A stretch of DNA of 63,971 nucleotides, filler included, from Stramenopiles sp. TOSAG23-6 (taxonomy: Eukaryota), in assembly GCA_900128565.1 (NCBI GenBank). It is 3 parts of 3 records of this genome, joined end to end, with 100 filler letters (N's around TTAATTAATTAA, not from the genome) between each part and the next. Parts side by side here need not be neighbours in the genome. Positions count along the whole stretch, not along the records: positions 22,545 to 44,974 come from LT636015.1; 2 more parts are not named here. One strand, given 5' to 3'. Positions 22,545 through 34,669 of this stretch are shown one piece after another; the first letter of the stretch is position 1, and each line of letters begins with the position of its first letter. Under the pieces are notes generated by a model. It searched no databases, had not been told where the DNA came from, and saw nothing but the letters and a program-made list of their open reading frames with translations. The position numbers and the translations under genes were made by a program.

Positions 22545-24788
22545 GACATTGATGGATGCTCTTTTTGTATTTTTGCTTGTTTATCTTGATAACTTTCTGC
22601 TTTTGATTCATTCATATTTACATCCCATGACATTGATGGATGCTCTTTTTGTATTTTTGCTTGTTTATCTTGATAACTTTCTGGGTTTGATTCATTCATT
22701 TTTACATCCCATGACATTGATGGATGCTCTTTTTGTATCTTTGCTTGTTTATCCTGATAACTTTCTTTATAATTAGCAATGTTAAAGTCTTTTAACTGGT
22801 AATCATTTAATTTGTAAGACATCAATTTTTGTACCTGATCATCACCAGAAACAATATCATAAGCAGGTGTCTGAGCAAAATCGGAGGTGACTGCTTCAGT
22901 TCTAATGATATCCATTAAATTACTCGCTCGACGCTTTTTCCCAGTTGATTTCCTGTCCAAGCCTGGTGGATCTGGTAGCATTTCACCAGAGTGATTTATC
23001 TGTTTTTCATATACTTCCTTTCGTTTATTTTCAACTTTAGACATTTGACTATTTGAATATTGAGGTTTAGTAAATATAAGACTTGTTTTCTTCGGGGCGT
23101 TGACTAGTGTACTATTCATACGAACATGTTTCATATTCGTTATATTATCTATACAGAATTCTGTTTTATCATATTCCAAGTTTTTTTCGACATTCATGAA
23201 GTGATTAATCTTTGCTTTTAGAGATATTTTTTCCTCAGTTGACATTTTGCGTGATTTATTCTCCGCAGTAAAATGATTATCGTTGATATTGTATGGTTGA
23301 TTAAATTTCCGAAGAATATCTAGCAAATTAGCAATGTCATCAGTAGTACCATCCTGATTGACATTTCTATTATTTGCTATAGATGGCGTATCTTTTATAT
23401 TACATCGATTATTTCTATTGCTTGATATACATGGCGCGTCGTTCATATTATGCTCATTAAAAGAAAAAATAGAATTTCTTATATTATGTTCATCATATGA
23501 AGAAATAGATTTTTCCGCATCGCATAATGCATCATTTGCAATAGTCAACGCGGCAGTTTCTGCATTCATTTGTGTAGTAATTAGAAGGTTTCTCTTTTTT
23601 GCTTCAACTAACTCATGTCGGTCTTTTAGTATCGATTGGATTTTTATTTTCTTTACTTTCTGTTTTGCATCAGCTTGAATTCTTACAGATCTGAGAAGCG
23701 CCTCTCTTGCATCAAGTGCAAATTTCTTTGCCTTTTCAGCTTTCTTGTCAATGTCGTCATTTACTATATTTGATACATTTTTGTTCTTTACAAATCTTTT
23801 CAAAGTAATTAACTTTCGAACGTTATTGGCTAATCTATTTTTGGTTTTAATTGTACGTTTTGCTTGTACAATTTTAGTATTTGACATTTTTCCGGCTTTC
23901 TTGTCAATGTCGTCATTTACTATATTTGATACATTTTTGTTCTTTACAAATCTTTTCAAAGTCATCAGCTTTCGAACGTTATTGGCTAATCTATTTTTGG
24001 TTTTAATTGTACTTTTTGCTTGTACAATTTTAGGGACTTTCTCGACTTTTTCAGAAGATTTTCTCCTTTTATTTTTTCTAAATCTATCAATGCTTACAAG
24101 TCTTGCAATCACAGAAGGCGATTTGATTTTTTTACTTGAATTTTGATTCAAAGTTGCATTTACCATTTGTTTTCCAGATATTGTATCATGAGATTCTTTA
24201 TTCTTTTGATGGTGGCGTTTTTTTTTATGTACAACTGGTTGTAGATGAGTCGATTTATAATGTATTGTGAAAAATTATGTCACAAAAAAATTCGTTAGGT
24301 ACAAAATTTAGTAAAAATAAATAAATTTGAATTTAAGTATGAAAACGAACGTGTCTCGCACCTCCACCTGCAGCACCCCAGTCGACAATCCACTTATCCT
24401 TTTCTGGATCCCATAATCTTAATGTACCGAACATATCTTTTTTACTACCTGCTATAGCACGTACAGTACATCCTATTTTCCAGGGTCGATCTGGTTTTCC
24501 AACATCTTTTTTTATGTTACTTATTGTTTTACCTCCAAGTTCCTTCCAACTTATAGCACCATCTTGATTTACATCATATGAATCAAAAACGATAAGTATG
24601 GCTTCAGTAGAAGGCATGGGTCTAATACCTAATTTTTTGATACCTCGTACAAATTCACCATAGGAAAGTCGGAAGTTTTCATTCTTGTCAGAAGCTTCAA
24701 AAAGTTGCTTGTGTGTTACACCTTTTTTTTTAAACTGTGCCTTTATCCATTGTGCCTCTTTCTCACTTGACGCTTTTCCTTCCGCCAT
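22545..24788 (-). CDS. EF-hand protein with internal repeats, 2 exons (24788-24351, 24259-<22545), C-terminus lost in gap
   Basis: DKNENFRLSYGEF and DVNQDGAISWKEL EF-hands; joins ARH-YKSTHL; 156-nt-period duplication ~23739-24032 and 84-nt tandem repeats 22545-~22766. Confidence 0.75.
24260..24350 (-). other. Non-canonical intron GT...AT (91 nt)
   Basis: AC|GTTCGT...GTACCTAAC...AATACAT|T. Confidence 0.78.
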
Positions 24789-25066
24789 GTTCTAAGAAAC
24801 TATTTCAGCTGTTGAATGAGCTGTTGAATAAAGTATGTTTATCTCACTCTTTGCAGTGAAGTCGTCGTGTGGAAAACCTCCCTCTCTCCCAGAAAAATTT
24901 AACGTAAATAAATAATAAAAAAATCACGAAATCCTCAAAAAGTTGAGAAAGAAAATATTTATGACCAATAAAGAAAAACGTTGCAAAATAAAATTAATTG
25001 TACTTTGACTTTATCTCCATGAAATATTTAATATTTCGATAATTTTAACACCACTATATAGTGCTC

Positions 25067-28000
25067 TTAATTCCATGGCCCAATATTATCAATACTACCA
25101 TTATCACGCAGACGATGTTGATGAGCACTACCAAACATAATTTTACCTCTTACACTGAGATGTTTCTTGTCAGCATTTGATTTTTTTATACTCAAAGAAT
25201 TGTGTGGTGAAAGCATACCATGTATTCCTGTTAAAGTTTCAAACTTTTTGCCCTCGGATTCTTGTATATTCTTGTATGAGGGAATTCCATTTACTAGTGA
25301 TACGGAAGGTAATCTATGTTTCAATCTGAGATGACCTCTATAATTAATCCTTCCAGAAGGTGAGTATTCGCGACCACTCGGATCATTTCGACGAGCGGCA
25401 TATTTTATATTACCTTGAATACGAGCTTTTCCATGATATGTTTTGGATGTACCATTAGGGCCAAGTACCAACACAGATGTCTCAACGGAATCATGCTTTT
25501 GATTTTCCCAGTGATGGAGTGGTGTAGCTTTATCATAGACTCGATTTCTTTCATTATGTATTTTGGAAAAATATTTCAAATTTGTTTTGTTAGGTACAAA
25601 ATTTCGTACTAAAAAAAAATCGAATTTGAAAAAAAATAAAACATACATGCCCATATAATCTTCTTTGCCAGTGTTGTGATTGAGGATGTTTCTGTCCTGT
25701 AGGTGTTTTCAAAACACTTCTTGGTGTTTGTTGCCGGGTAATCAGCACAGGGAAGTAATTGGTGTCGGAAATATCAGTAAGACTCCTTGGAATTGATGTA
25801 TCCATGGATACTGAATTTATATCTCTTAGTGTAGATGCTTTCATAGCTGTTATTGAGCCATAAGGGATGTCCGATACCCAAGGTACCGTTGTTGGTATTT
25901 TCCCTTTTCTGATTAGACCTGAAAGACCTTCTTTTGCATTCTCTCGAATATGCATATGTCTTTCCATTACCAAATCATGAAATAATTCACAAAATCGATT
26001 AATATTAATTGTCCCACGAAGATCTATATCTATTATTTGATTGATAAAACGAACTTGAGAGAGTGGAATTTCAATACCCAATAGATGCAAGGCCTTATGA
26101 AATTCTTCTGAGGTCAAACACCTAGAGTTTGATGTTGATGCTGATGCAGTCAGCATTGGTTTCATTCCACGTAATATATTATCATATAACAGAGGCTGAA
26201 AATTTTCACGACATTTACACAGCTTTGCAACTACTGTAGCAATAACTGCAATACATGATATCGAATTTTGATTGTCTTCTATATCTTTAATATCCGAATC
26301 CGTATTTCTGTCACTTTCTTTATTATACAGTTTTGAATCATAGCTTGTATTTACCCCTAAAAAACAACCAATATTTTTAGTATCTTTATTATCTCTTGCC
26401 GGCGTTTTATGGCGAACGTCTCTATTTCCTTTATTTCCTTTATTTTCTTTCCTATTTTTACGTTCCTGCAGAATATGTTTTTGTGATGACTTTTGGTTTG
26501 ATACCTTTTGTAAATGTTTAGTTTCCCCATTATTGTCAAAGTCTTTGAAGTCATATGATAAATCATTTTTATCTTTGGAAATTGTGTTGCCATCGTCCCA
26601 GCCTTGTACTATTTCCTTATTTTCATTTATTGGTGGAGATTTTGGGCGTCTAATTGATGCACTGAGTGACCTTTCATCATCTTGCTGGCATTGTAAACGT
26701 TTAAACTCGACAAAAGAAAATGCACAACTTTCATCTTCGATATCTTCATTATTCACATCGCAAATATCGTGTTTGTATGTATTCGATTTAATTGTAATGT
26801 TTACATTGGAAGAATTCCCGTTTTGTACAAATGTATTATTTTGCCTGCAAAGAACTGGTGCTTGAGCCAAACCAAAATATCGAATATTTTTATTTTTCAT
26901 ATTTTTATGAAGTATCTTGTTTACACTGGAAGCATTGCCAAGTACATGAATAGCTTTGTCTGGCCTAATTGGATTGGAATTATTATTATGTTTTACATAT
27001 TGTTTGCGTCCTAATGAACCAACGTGTTTTTTATGTAGACTGCTGAATCTTTTTCTATACAGCTTATTCCTATGCAAATCTTTACCAAGTGAGATATTAC
27101 TCCTCGAACGCCAATGTACTCTAGGATCTACAGATTCAATTACTGCAGTGTTGCATATAGAAAACATGTATTACGAGAAATATTTTAAATTTGATTTTTT
27201 TGTTAGGTACGGAAAACAAATAAATTTCAAATTTATGAATTTAATACGATTACGAAATCTCATAAATAAACTACATTTCAGCAGCATTAAACGTACATTC
27301 GAAGGGAATTCGCAGCAGCCAGCGCTGCAATTTTTGCAGCTATTGCAGTTTTAGAACAAATATTTGCTCTACAAGAAATACGAAAAAAACGTCTTCCCAA
27401 GTATCCTCTAATTGATGATTGTATAAGTGTAGAAGCCAAGTGATCTTCACTGCAGTATTTGTTTTTTGGCTGATGACATATGTTTCCTGATTCATTTAAT
27501 GCACTGTAATTATCTGACTGATTTTGTTTGTCATCATTATGCTTTGGCATTTCTAGAAGTTTTGTACAAATCACATTTTTTGAACCAGAATCTTTCATTT
27601 CAATTATATCGTTAAATTTTGGTTTAATTTCAGATTTTAGTTTTTCAGATTTTATTTTTTTAGATTTTGATTTTGCTTCAGATTTTCTTTCAGATTTTAT
27701 TCCATTTTCTGCAGCACCCCCTTCAGTCACTTCTTGAACAGTATTAATTATGGCACTCATTTCGTGTAGTGCAACTACTTGGTCAGCTTGATCACTACAA
27801 AATTCTTTTTTCTCAACTATTTGGTCAACTTGATCACTACAAAATTCTTCTTTCTCAACTATTTGGTCAACTTGATCACTACAAAATTCTTCTTTCTCAT
27901 CAAAAATTTCTTCATTTATTTCTTCTTCTTTTACTTTTTTCCGAAATCGATCAATACTAGTCAAATTCCGAGGAGCTTTTCCAAAATTATTGGTAATATT

Positions 28001-28375
28001 CGCGGCTTTATATCCTTTCGGTAAGGATAGCAAATATTCTATAATATTGACATGGTTATTTTCATAGCACATATGATAGCATGTGTCACCAGAGTGATTT
28101 TGATGGCAAATATTTGAGCCTACCTCAACTAAAAATTTACAGATGGATAACTGATTATACCAGCATGCTATAAACAATGCTGTGCAGCCAAAGCTATCTT
28201 CGTCATTAACGTTGCTTCTTGAAATATGTTTTTGTGTTGCAGCTAAGTCACCCTTTGCAATGAAATGCGAAAAAACTCCGGATAAAAATTGTTTCCCTGT
28301 AGCTGCATTTTCAGTGTGATCAATTGTACTTTGAATTCCTTCTTCAAAGTTATGTTTCAACTTGCTATCTAACAT
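25067..28375 (-). CDS. Ankyrin-repeat / IQ-motif / EF-hand-like protein, 3 exons (28375-27297, 27165-25647, 25555-25067)
   Basis: GCTALFIAC and GDTCYHMC ankyrins; IQSSIRGYLGRR IQ motif; DIDLRGTININRF EF-like loop; 42-nt x3 repeat near 27770-27900. Confidence 0.78.
25556..25646 (-). other. Non-canonical intron GT...AT (91 nt)
   Basis: AT|GTATGT...GTACCTAAC...AATACAT|A; near-identical to intron 13729-13820. Confidence 0.8.
27166..27296 (-). other. Non-canonical intron GT...AT (131 nt)
   Basis: AT|GTACGT...GTACCTAAC...AATACAT|G. Confidence 0.72.
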
Positions 28376-28635
28376 ATTGGGTTTTAATATCTATAATATA
28401 AACTATAATGAACTCCTAGTTAGTAATGTGTCTTGGAAAACCCAGGATTTCGTGGGTGTCGAAAAGGATATGTTTTGACTTCCTTATAAGTCTGCTTTGA
28501 CAGACAGACGACAGTTACACACAACCCCAACGGACACCCGGTCAAGTTTCCCAGAACCTTTCTTGCGGGAAAGATACACTACCTTACGTAAGTACACCAA
28601 TATCGTCGGTGTTCTGGTTATATTTTTAGAAAATA

Positions 28636-29855
28636 ATGGCGACAGGAACAATATCTTCAGCAGACGAGCGTTTCTTTACACCTCGATCTACCGGCGCCCG
28701 TGGAAATTATTGTTCTTCTGAAGATGAAAAAGAAGAGAGATATTACGTGGCGACACCGGGTACGCTTCAGTCAAACAAGTCATGGACGTCTGATGCAGAA
28801 TATGCCACCCCTAGAGAGCTTAGTTACGGTTCGGCATCTGATAGTAATGATGGATATCAGCATGATTGGTCGTCTACTGCTCGACGTGGAGTTACTCCTG
28901 TACTACCAATGCCTTTTGTTACAAGTCAGTATGATACATACCAACAGCCGCAATCTGAACAACAACTACAACAGCAACAAGATCACTATATTCCCAGTGC
29001 ACCAGATATGTCACAACAACGACAAGTTGGTATCTATCCAACAGGTGGAAAAATATCTCCTCCAAGACCTCCCCCAGTCAGTCAGATCCCACAACAGTTG
29101 CAACCGGCACAGCAACTTCAAGTAAGACGACAGTTACTAAGGCAGCTTGAGCTGAAGGAACAAAAAATGTTACAACAAAAGAAAATAGCTGAAAATCATC
29201 GCCAAGGACACATTAAACCACTCAGTAGTAATGCTGTTTCCTCGGAAGAAGCTGCTGGTCTAGCAGCAGCAATGGCGCTTCAGTATAATAGTACAAAAAA
29301 ACAAAATTCAACGCCATCTGTTACAAATGCAAACCATTTAAATAACCAACAAAATTCTACTGCAGATATTGAACCTGTGTATCAAGATACAGGAGGAGAC
29401 ATTGATGATGAAGATATAAAAAATATATTTTCATATGCTCGGCACAATCGATGCAAAGACTTAGAACAAATATTGCTCAAAGGTGTTCCAGTGAATGTTC
29501 GCGATCGCTTTGGGAATACTTTACTTATTGTACGTTGTCCACTTTACTTTTACTTTTACTTTTCATAAAAAAATTCGTAGTAAATTTTGTACCTAACAAA
29601 AAAAATCAAAGAAAAAAAAAATATTTTTTCACAATACTTGTGGCTTGTCAAAATGGTTTGAAACGTGTGGCAAAACTCGCTCTTAGACGTGGTGCAGACA
29701 TAAATGCAACGAACTACAAAGGGAACTCTTGTCTTCACTTTTGTTTTGCTTTTGGATATGGCGATTCACTCGGGAGTTATCTGATATCAAAAGGAGCCAA
29801 TACAACTTTATTAAATAATGAACAAAAAACATGTTATGAAGGAGTTGCTAAATGA
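28636..29855 (+). CDS. Ankyrin-repeat protein with disordered N-terminus, 2 exons (28636-29529, 29640-29855)
   Basis: Splicing gives GNTLLIVACQNGLKRVAKLALRRGADIN...GNSCLHFC. Confidence 0.87.
29530..29639 (+). other. Non-canonical intron GT...TT (110 nt)
   Basis: TT|GTACGT...GTACCTAAC...AATACTT|G; restores the ankyrin motif exactly. Confidence 0.82.
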
Positions 29856-30022
29856 AATTAAATGCGTGTGATGAAAACATTTGAAGTATTATAAAGGTAA
29901 TTATTAAATTTACTTTTCATCATAATATGATTTAATATTAAATACTCGCAGAAGGTGAAAATTTCCGAAATATAGTGCGCTATAAAATGTTCCCCTTTTC
30001 AAGATGAACTATGATATCCTCC

Positions 30023-31747
30023 TCAAAATGCATCATACATAGCATCATCAATATCCTCTTTAGCCAGTATGAGTTGATCATATGCGTCTTTAGCAGCTTG
30101 AGTGGCTACCTTTGCCGCTTCATACGATGCTGAAACGTGCGCTTCGTCAAAGGGCCGCACTACATCTGCAGCTCTTACATACTGTGTAATTGCATGCTTA
30201 GCAGCTAATGCGGCTGCAGATGCAGCTTGCCCAGCATACTTTTTGGGGGCATCTATAACATCCTTAATATCCTTTTCAGCCAAACTGTATACTAAAGTTG
30301 CATGCTTTGCAGCAGATGCAGCATGTTCAGCAGCCGTTGCAGCTGTCAATTCAGCGAGTATTTTAGCATCTACTTTTCTCTCTTTTTCTGATATTTCGCG
30401 TGGCGTCAATTGAATAGCAAGAAGTGGACACCAATGCCAATCAATATCAAACAACTGAAGGACGTTCAATCGTTTGTTGGCATACAACACTTTCATTACT
30501 GCATTATACAGAAAAGGGTTTTTCACAGGTCTATCCATGTGCATATACTTTTCCGTACTTTGGCTTCTGTCGTCAGTTAAAACTCTGTCCCAATCATGAT
30601 TGTACTTTGTCTTTTCCTTTTTAGACTTTGCATCTAGCGCGCGCAAGCCTTCTGCTGCTACAGAGAAACCTTGATGTAGTAGGGCTCTCTTTCCATCAGG
30701 AAGCGGCCATGTGAATATGTAGTTGACATGATATATCTTCGCGAGCTCGAGAGCCTTACCAAAGAGTAAATCGGAGATTTTAGGAACGGTATTTGGACAT
30801 GCTTCGCCTCCAAGATAAAGCTGGAATAATGATTTTCCCAAGCCAATAAAAGTCCAAGCCCGTCCAAACCTTTCATTTGGCCATTGAAACAGAAATACGT
30901 GTGCAACATATTGATTATTATCATCAAGGATAATGATTGCTTGGCGCTTGGCTCGCGCCGTATATAGGGTAATGCCCCAGCCATATAGTTCTTGGAGGTT
31001 TAGATACCACACATCTATCATAGATTTCGCAAGCTTAACTACAAACTTTTCCAAAGGCTGATTCAATAGCCCCCAGTATTTCGCCTTGTCTATGCTTAGG
31101 CTTACATGTTTAAAATACCACTGGATGTTAGTGGCGAACTTACCAGATGTATACTTGTCTGACATTTTATGAAAAGGATGTTTGCTACATTTTCTACGAA
31201 AAAATAGATCCCATTCTGCTTTTGTTGCGTTGTTTAGTACTTCCTCTTGAATCAAATCCACAGGGAACAATTTGCTGATGTGTTTCCAATTGACTGAAGT
31301 TATGAGACCATTCACGCCCATCCACATCATCCCTTGAGCAATGTATGATAGAACAAATTTATCTATACTGCCATCGCCGAAGGATACCTCTGCGAGTGGA
31401 CGCTGCTTGAGGAAATTGGCGACAATTTCACGGCGACGATGAGTCGACGTGCTTTCTCTCGTACGCTGTGATATATCTACCGCAATGACATTGATATTTC
31501 TAGTGTTAGGATAGTCACTTGTTCCAACGATTTCATCGAGAGGAACTTTCCTATCCTGTACGCCAGATTTATATATGATGTGGGCGCTATTCGTGGATTT
31601 ATCAAGAGATTTTATCTTTCCAGGATAGAAAGCTTCCCAGGATTTTTTTTTAACCAAGACATGGCTATCTTCTGTTGGAAATTCTGATACGGTGGATCTG
31701 ATGCAGACCAAGGCGACCATTAGCCAAAGAATTGGTGACGAAATCAT
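30023..31747 (-). CDS. Putative secreted protein: signal peptide, Tudor-like domain, GNAT-like segment, Ala-rich tail
   Basis: 574-aa ORF; WEAFYPGKIKSL...IIYKSG...VPLDEI is Tudor-like; LLFGKALELAK...IFTWP...LLHQGF is GNAT-like (tentative). Confidence 0.65.
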   Translation of the reverse strand: MISSPILWLMVALVCIRSTVSEFPTEDSHVLVKKKSWEAFYPGKIKSLDKSTNSAHIIYKSGVQDRKVPLDEIVGTSDYPNTRNINVIAVDISQRTRESTSTHRRREIVANFLKQRPLAEVSFGDGSIDKFVLSYIAQGMMWMGVNGLITSVNWKHISKLFPVDLIQEEVLNNATKAEWDLFFRRKCSKHPFHKMSDKYTSGKFATNIQWYFKHVSLSIDKAKYWGLLNQPLEKFVVKLAKSMIDVWYLNLQELYGWGITLYTARAKRQAIIILDDNNQYVAHVFLFQWPNERFGRAWTFIGLGKSLFQLYLGGEACPNTVPKISDLLFGKALELAKIYHVNYIFTWPLPDGKRALLHQGFSVAAEGLRALDAKSKKEKTKYNHDWDRVLTDDRSQSTEKYMHMDRPVKNPFLYNAVMKVLYANKRLNVLQLFDIDWHWCPLLAIQLTPREISEKERKVDAKILAELTAATAAEHAASAAKHATLVYSLAEKDIKDVIDAPKKYAGQAASAAALAAKHAITQYVRAADVVRPFDEAHVSASYEAAKVATQAAKDAYDQLILAKEDIDDAMYDAF

Positions 31748-31981
31748 AACTATGGCAATCTGCTAGAGAAGATATGAAGCAAAGTAATCCGTGTATCGGG
31801 TAATCGTATAGTACTGATAAAGCACACGAACGACACGTGCCAAATTGTCCTTTTTCTGCTGTTTTTTTTATCAGCTGCGGCCAGAAATTAGCCAAGCTAT
31901 TATGATAATTCGGCTTCAGCCTGAATTCAGCAGTCACGTGCAACACACGCGAGGTCGCTGTAAAATTGTCATACATTTACT

Positions 31982-32590
31982 ATGAATGCATCAATCTTAG
32001 AACTAGAGAAAAAGTGTCGCTTAACCAATGATCAAAATGCTTGCACTGGTCTTGCATGGGCATACTTAGCAGCTTGTGAAAGAGAGAGTTCTCCAGACAG
32101 TCACGCATGTGTCAGCCTCGGAGATTTATACGCTGCTGGAGTTGGTGTACCAAAAATAGATGAAAATCGCTCTGTAGACCTCTATTACCGAGCTTGCAAA
32201 CTTGGAAATACTCGTGGTTGTTTTACTTCGGGTATGTGTTTTAGTAATGGAATTGGTGTTAAAACAGACTTGAAACGAGCTTCTGAAGCATTTGCATTAG
32301 CTTGCCGTAAAGGCCATCCAACTGCTTGTCACCAACTTGCAAAAGCATATACTTCAGGTAAAGGAGTACCAAAAGACCGCAGTAAAGCGTTGTATATATT
32401 TAATCTGGCATGCGAAATGGGTTCAACTGCAAGCTGTGCTAATGCTGGTTCGTTTTATATGAACGGTATCGGAGGACCAAAAAATGAAGTTTTAGCTCTC
32501 AAACGTCTTAAACATGCATGTCAGTTAGGTGACCAATCATCTTGTGGTCTATTGCAAAAGTTATCGTCAAAACAAGATGATGAGCCATAG
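31982..32590 (+). CDS. Sel1-like repeat protein (Hcp/COA7-like)
   Basis: Repeated AC..LG..Y..G.GV.KD...A...f..AC..G units. Confidence 0.88.
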   Translation: MNASILELEKKCRLTNDQNACTGLAWAYLAACERESSPDSHACVSLGDLYAAGVGVPKIDENRSVDLYYRACKLGNTRGCFTSGMCFSNGIGVKTDLKRASEAFALACRKGHPTACHQLAKAYTSGKGVPKDRSKALYIFNLACEMGSTASCANAGSFYMNGIGGPKNEVLALKRLKHACQLGDQSSCGLLQKLSSKQDDEP

Positions 32591-32760
32591 TGTTCTTCGT
32601 TCTTTAGTGTCTCTGTAAATTATGGTGACCTTTTCTGGGTACTTTAGAAGGAAAAAATCAGTAGAAAACCCACTTTGTCAAACTAACTTGAAAAGAAAAC
32701 CTACTTTGTCAAACTTAACTTGTTTAGTTGCCTCATACTCAGATTTTTTTATTATAAAAA

Positions 32761-33423
32761 CTACTCAGATTTCTCATTAGATTCTTTACCATCATTTAAT
32801 TCTTTCTCAATTGCTTCCTTTGCGCGGAATACTTTAGATTGTAGGTACAATGAACCACCGTTGGAAGGGTCATTTGCCTCGAAGTATTTCGTATATTTCT
32901 CATTTATTTCACTCATATTCGAAGAGCCCCTTTCTACATTTAAAATATCATACGCTTCGGCTATATCCATACCATCTTTACGAAGAATGCTCTTTGCAGC
33001 TTCTGTAGCACCACCACCCTTGGCAGCATTCTGCTTTGCTTCCGCAAAAGCTTGCATAAATGCTTGTCCAAAAATTTGACCAACTGTGATGACCAACTGT
33101 GCTATGATTCTCCCAGCTGGGCCACCGATTCCACGTTGATGTTGATACATTAAACTGTTAGGTTGAACTATCTGAGAATGTCGATATAATTGTTGGTGCC
33201 TCTGATATCGTAATCCATCACGTCTTTGACGTAACCGGTCAGTGTCTAGTGGTTGTTGTGAACTAACCCAGAGTGAACGGTGACCAATTGTACGACGCAC
33301 TAACGCGAACGAACTAGGCATATGACGGAATTTCATATTTCGAGGAGATCTGTGTAATAAATGCATATGACTTGTACTATATGCTCTGGATGTCACACGG
33401 TGGGCAGTGCGGAGAAAAGACAT
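32761..33423 (-). CDS. PAM16: Mitochondrial import motor subunit Pam16/Tim16 with N-terminal extension
   Basis: GQAFMQAF, MDIAEAYDILNV, YFEANDPSNGGSLYLQSKVFRAKE. Confidence 0.88.
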   Translation of the reverse strand: MSFLRTAHRVTSRAYSTSHMHLLHRSPRNMKFRHMPSSFALVRRTIGHRSLWVSSQQPLDTDRLRQRRDGLRYQRHQQLYRHSQIVQPNSLMYQHQRGIGGPAGRIIAQLVITVGQIFGQAFMQAFAEAKQNAAKGGGATEAAKSILRKDGMDIAEAYDILNVERGSSNMSEINEKYTKYFEANDPSNGGSLYLQSKVFRAKEAIEKELNDGKESNEKSE

Positions 33424-33684
33424 TATTACAAAAAAATATTATGACGAAAACTATCTCGCATACAGCTATAGCTATAGTGAATAGTTTCAGCAAACAGCAA
33501 ATCACGTGTCTGTCATGACCAGTTTGGGTTTGTACCATTTTTTACTACTTAAATGGGGTTGGTGAAACACGTTAAAAGTACACAAGCAAAAAGCACACAC
33601 ACTCAAAAGAAGCAATTAAGTTCAGTAATTTGTTTTATTGCATTACATTTCCTGGAAAACACACAAAGATATTTGAATAGCACC

Positions 33685-34619
33685 ATGTTTAAATTAATAT
33701 CTGGACGTATTTGCTTTCAGTTAAGTAGAAATTATACGTGCTATAGATCTATCACCAATTCAATATCCAGCCAAACAAACCTTAGTAGTAGTCTCTTTTC
33801 TCAAAGTCCATGTGTTCATTATTTGTCAACAAAAACCACAGACTCTAAATCCACTCCATCATTCGATCGAATTAAACAAGGTCGATATGGAAGAAATGTA
33901 GGGCCACCAAAAAAATATCAATGGATATTTAAAATGTTAGGTTGGGATAGTGAAGAGTCTCAGATGATAAGACAGGCGAATTCACTGATGGATCGCGTTG
34001 CCAGTACAGTAGAAATCAACGACTTTTTTGACGCTGCCAAGCTCCCACGAACTTTTAAAACTACCCAAAGTGTTTGTGTGATTCATGCGTGGTTGATTAA
34101 TAAAATTTTATTAAAATACCGAGAAGAAAACGGGGAAGAGACAGACAGACCTTTACCCATTCAACAAGAATGTGCGTTTTTTTTTGCATTGCACTCAATT
34201 TTTTTGTACCAAATCTATCGAGTACCTAACGATTTTTTTTTGAAATATTTCTCCAAAATACATTTTTTGATGTTCTCTGGAAAGACACAGCACAAAGAGT
34301 TCGTGAAACTCCAGGAATAATTGAACTTACTGTGAATAAAAATTTAAGATCAGTACAAGAAATGAGTTTTGCACAAATGTTGGAGTATGACTACGGTTTT
34401 GCAAAAAAAGATGATAATAATTTAGAATTAGGCGCGGCTTTATGGAGAAATCTCTTTGATGGTGATGAGAATGTCGGGGATGCAGAGGTGGAGTTAGTGG
34501 CAAAATTTATGAGACAAGAACACCAAAAACTCGTAGATATTTCTAATAGAGATATGGAAGCTATTCTTTGGGGTGAATTCGAATTTGATTCTTTGAAAGA
34601 CGTAAAAAAAAAAAATTAA
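33685..34619 (+). CDS. Ubiquinol-cytochrome c chaperone Cbp3/UQCC1-like, 2 exons (33685-34171, 34264-34619)
   Basis: LPRTF...IHAWLI, EFFDVLWKD, EYDYG, LGAALWRNLF; presequence-like N-terminus. Confidence 0.83.
34172..34263 (+). other. Non-canonical intron GT...AT (92 nt)
   Basis: AT|GTGCGT...GTACCTAAC...AATACAT|T; restores QQEFFDVLW. Confidence 0.83.
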
Positions 34620-34669
34620 AAAATTAAAAAATTAAAAAATTAAAAAATTTCATTTTTAAAACATTTTTT

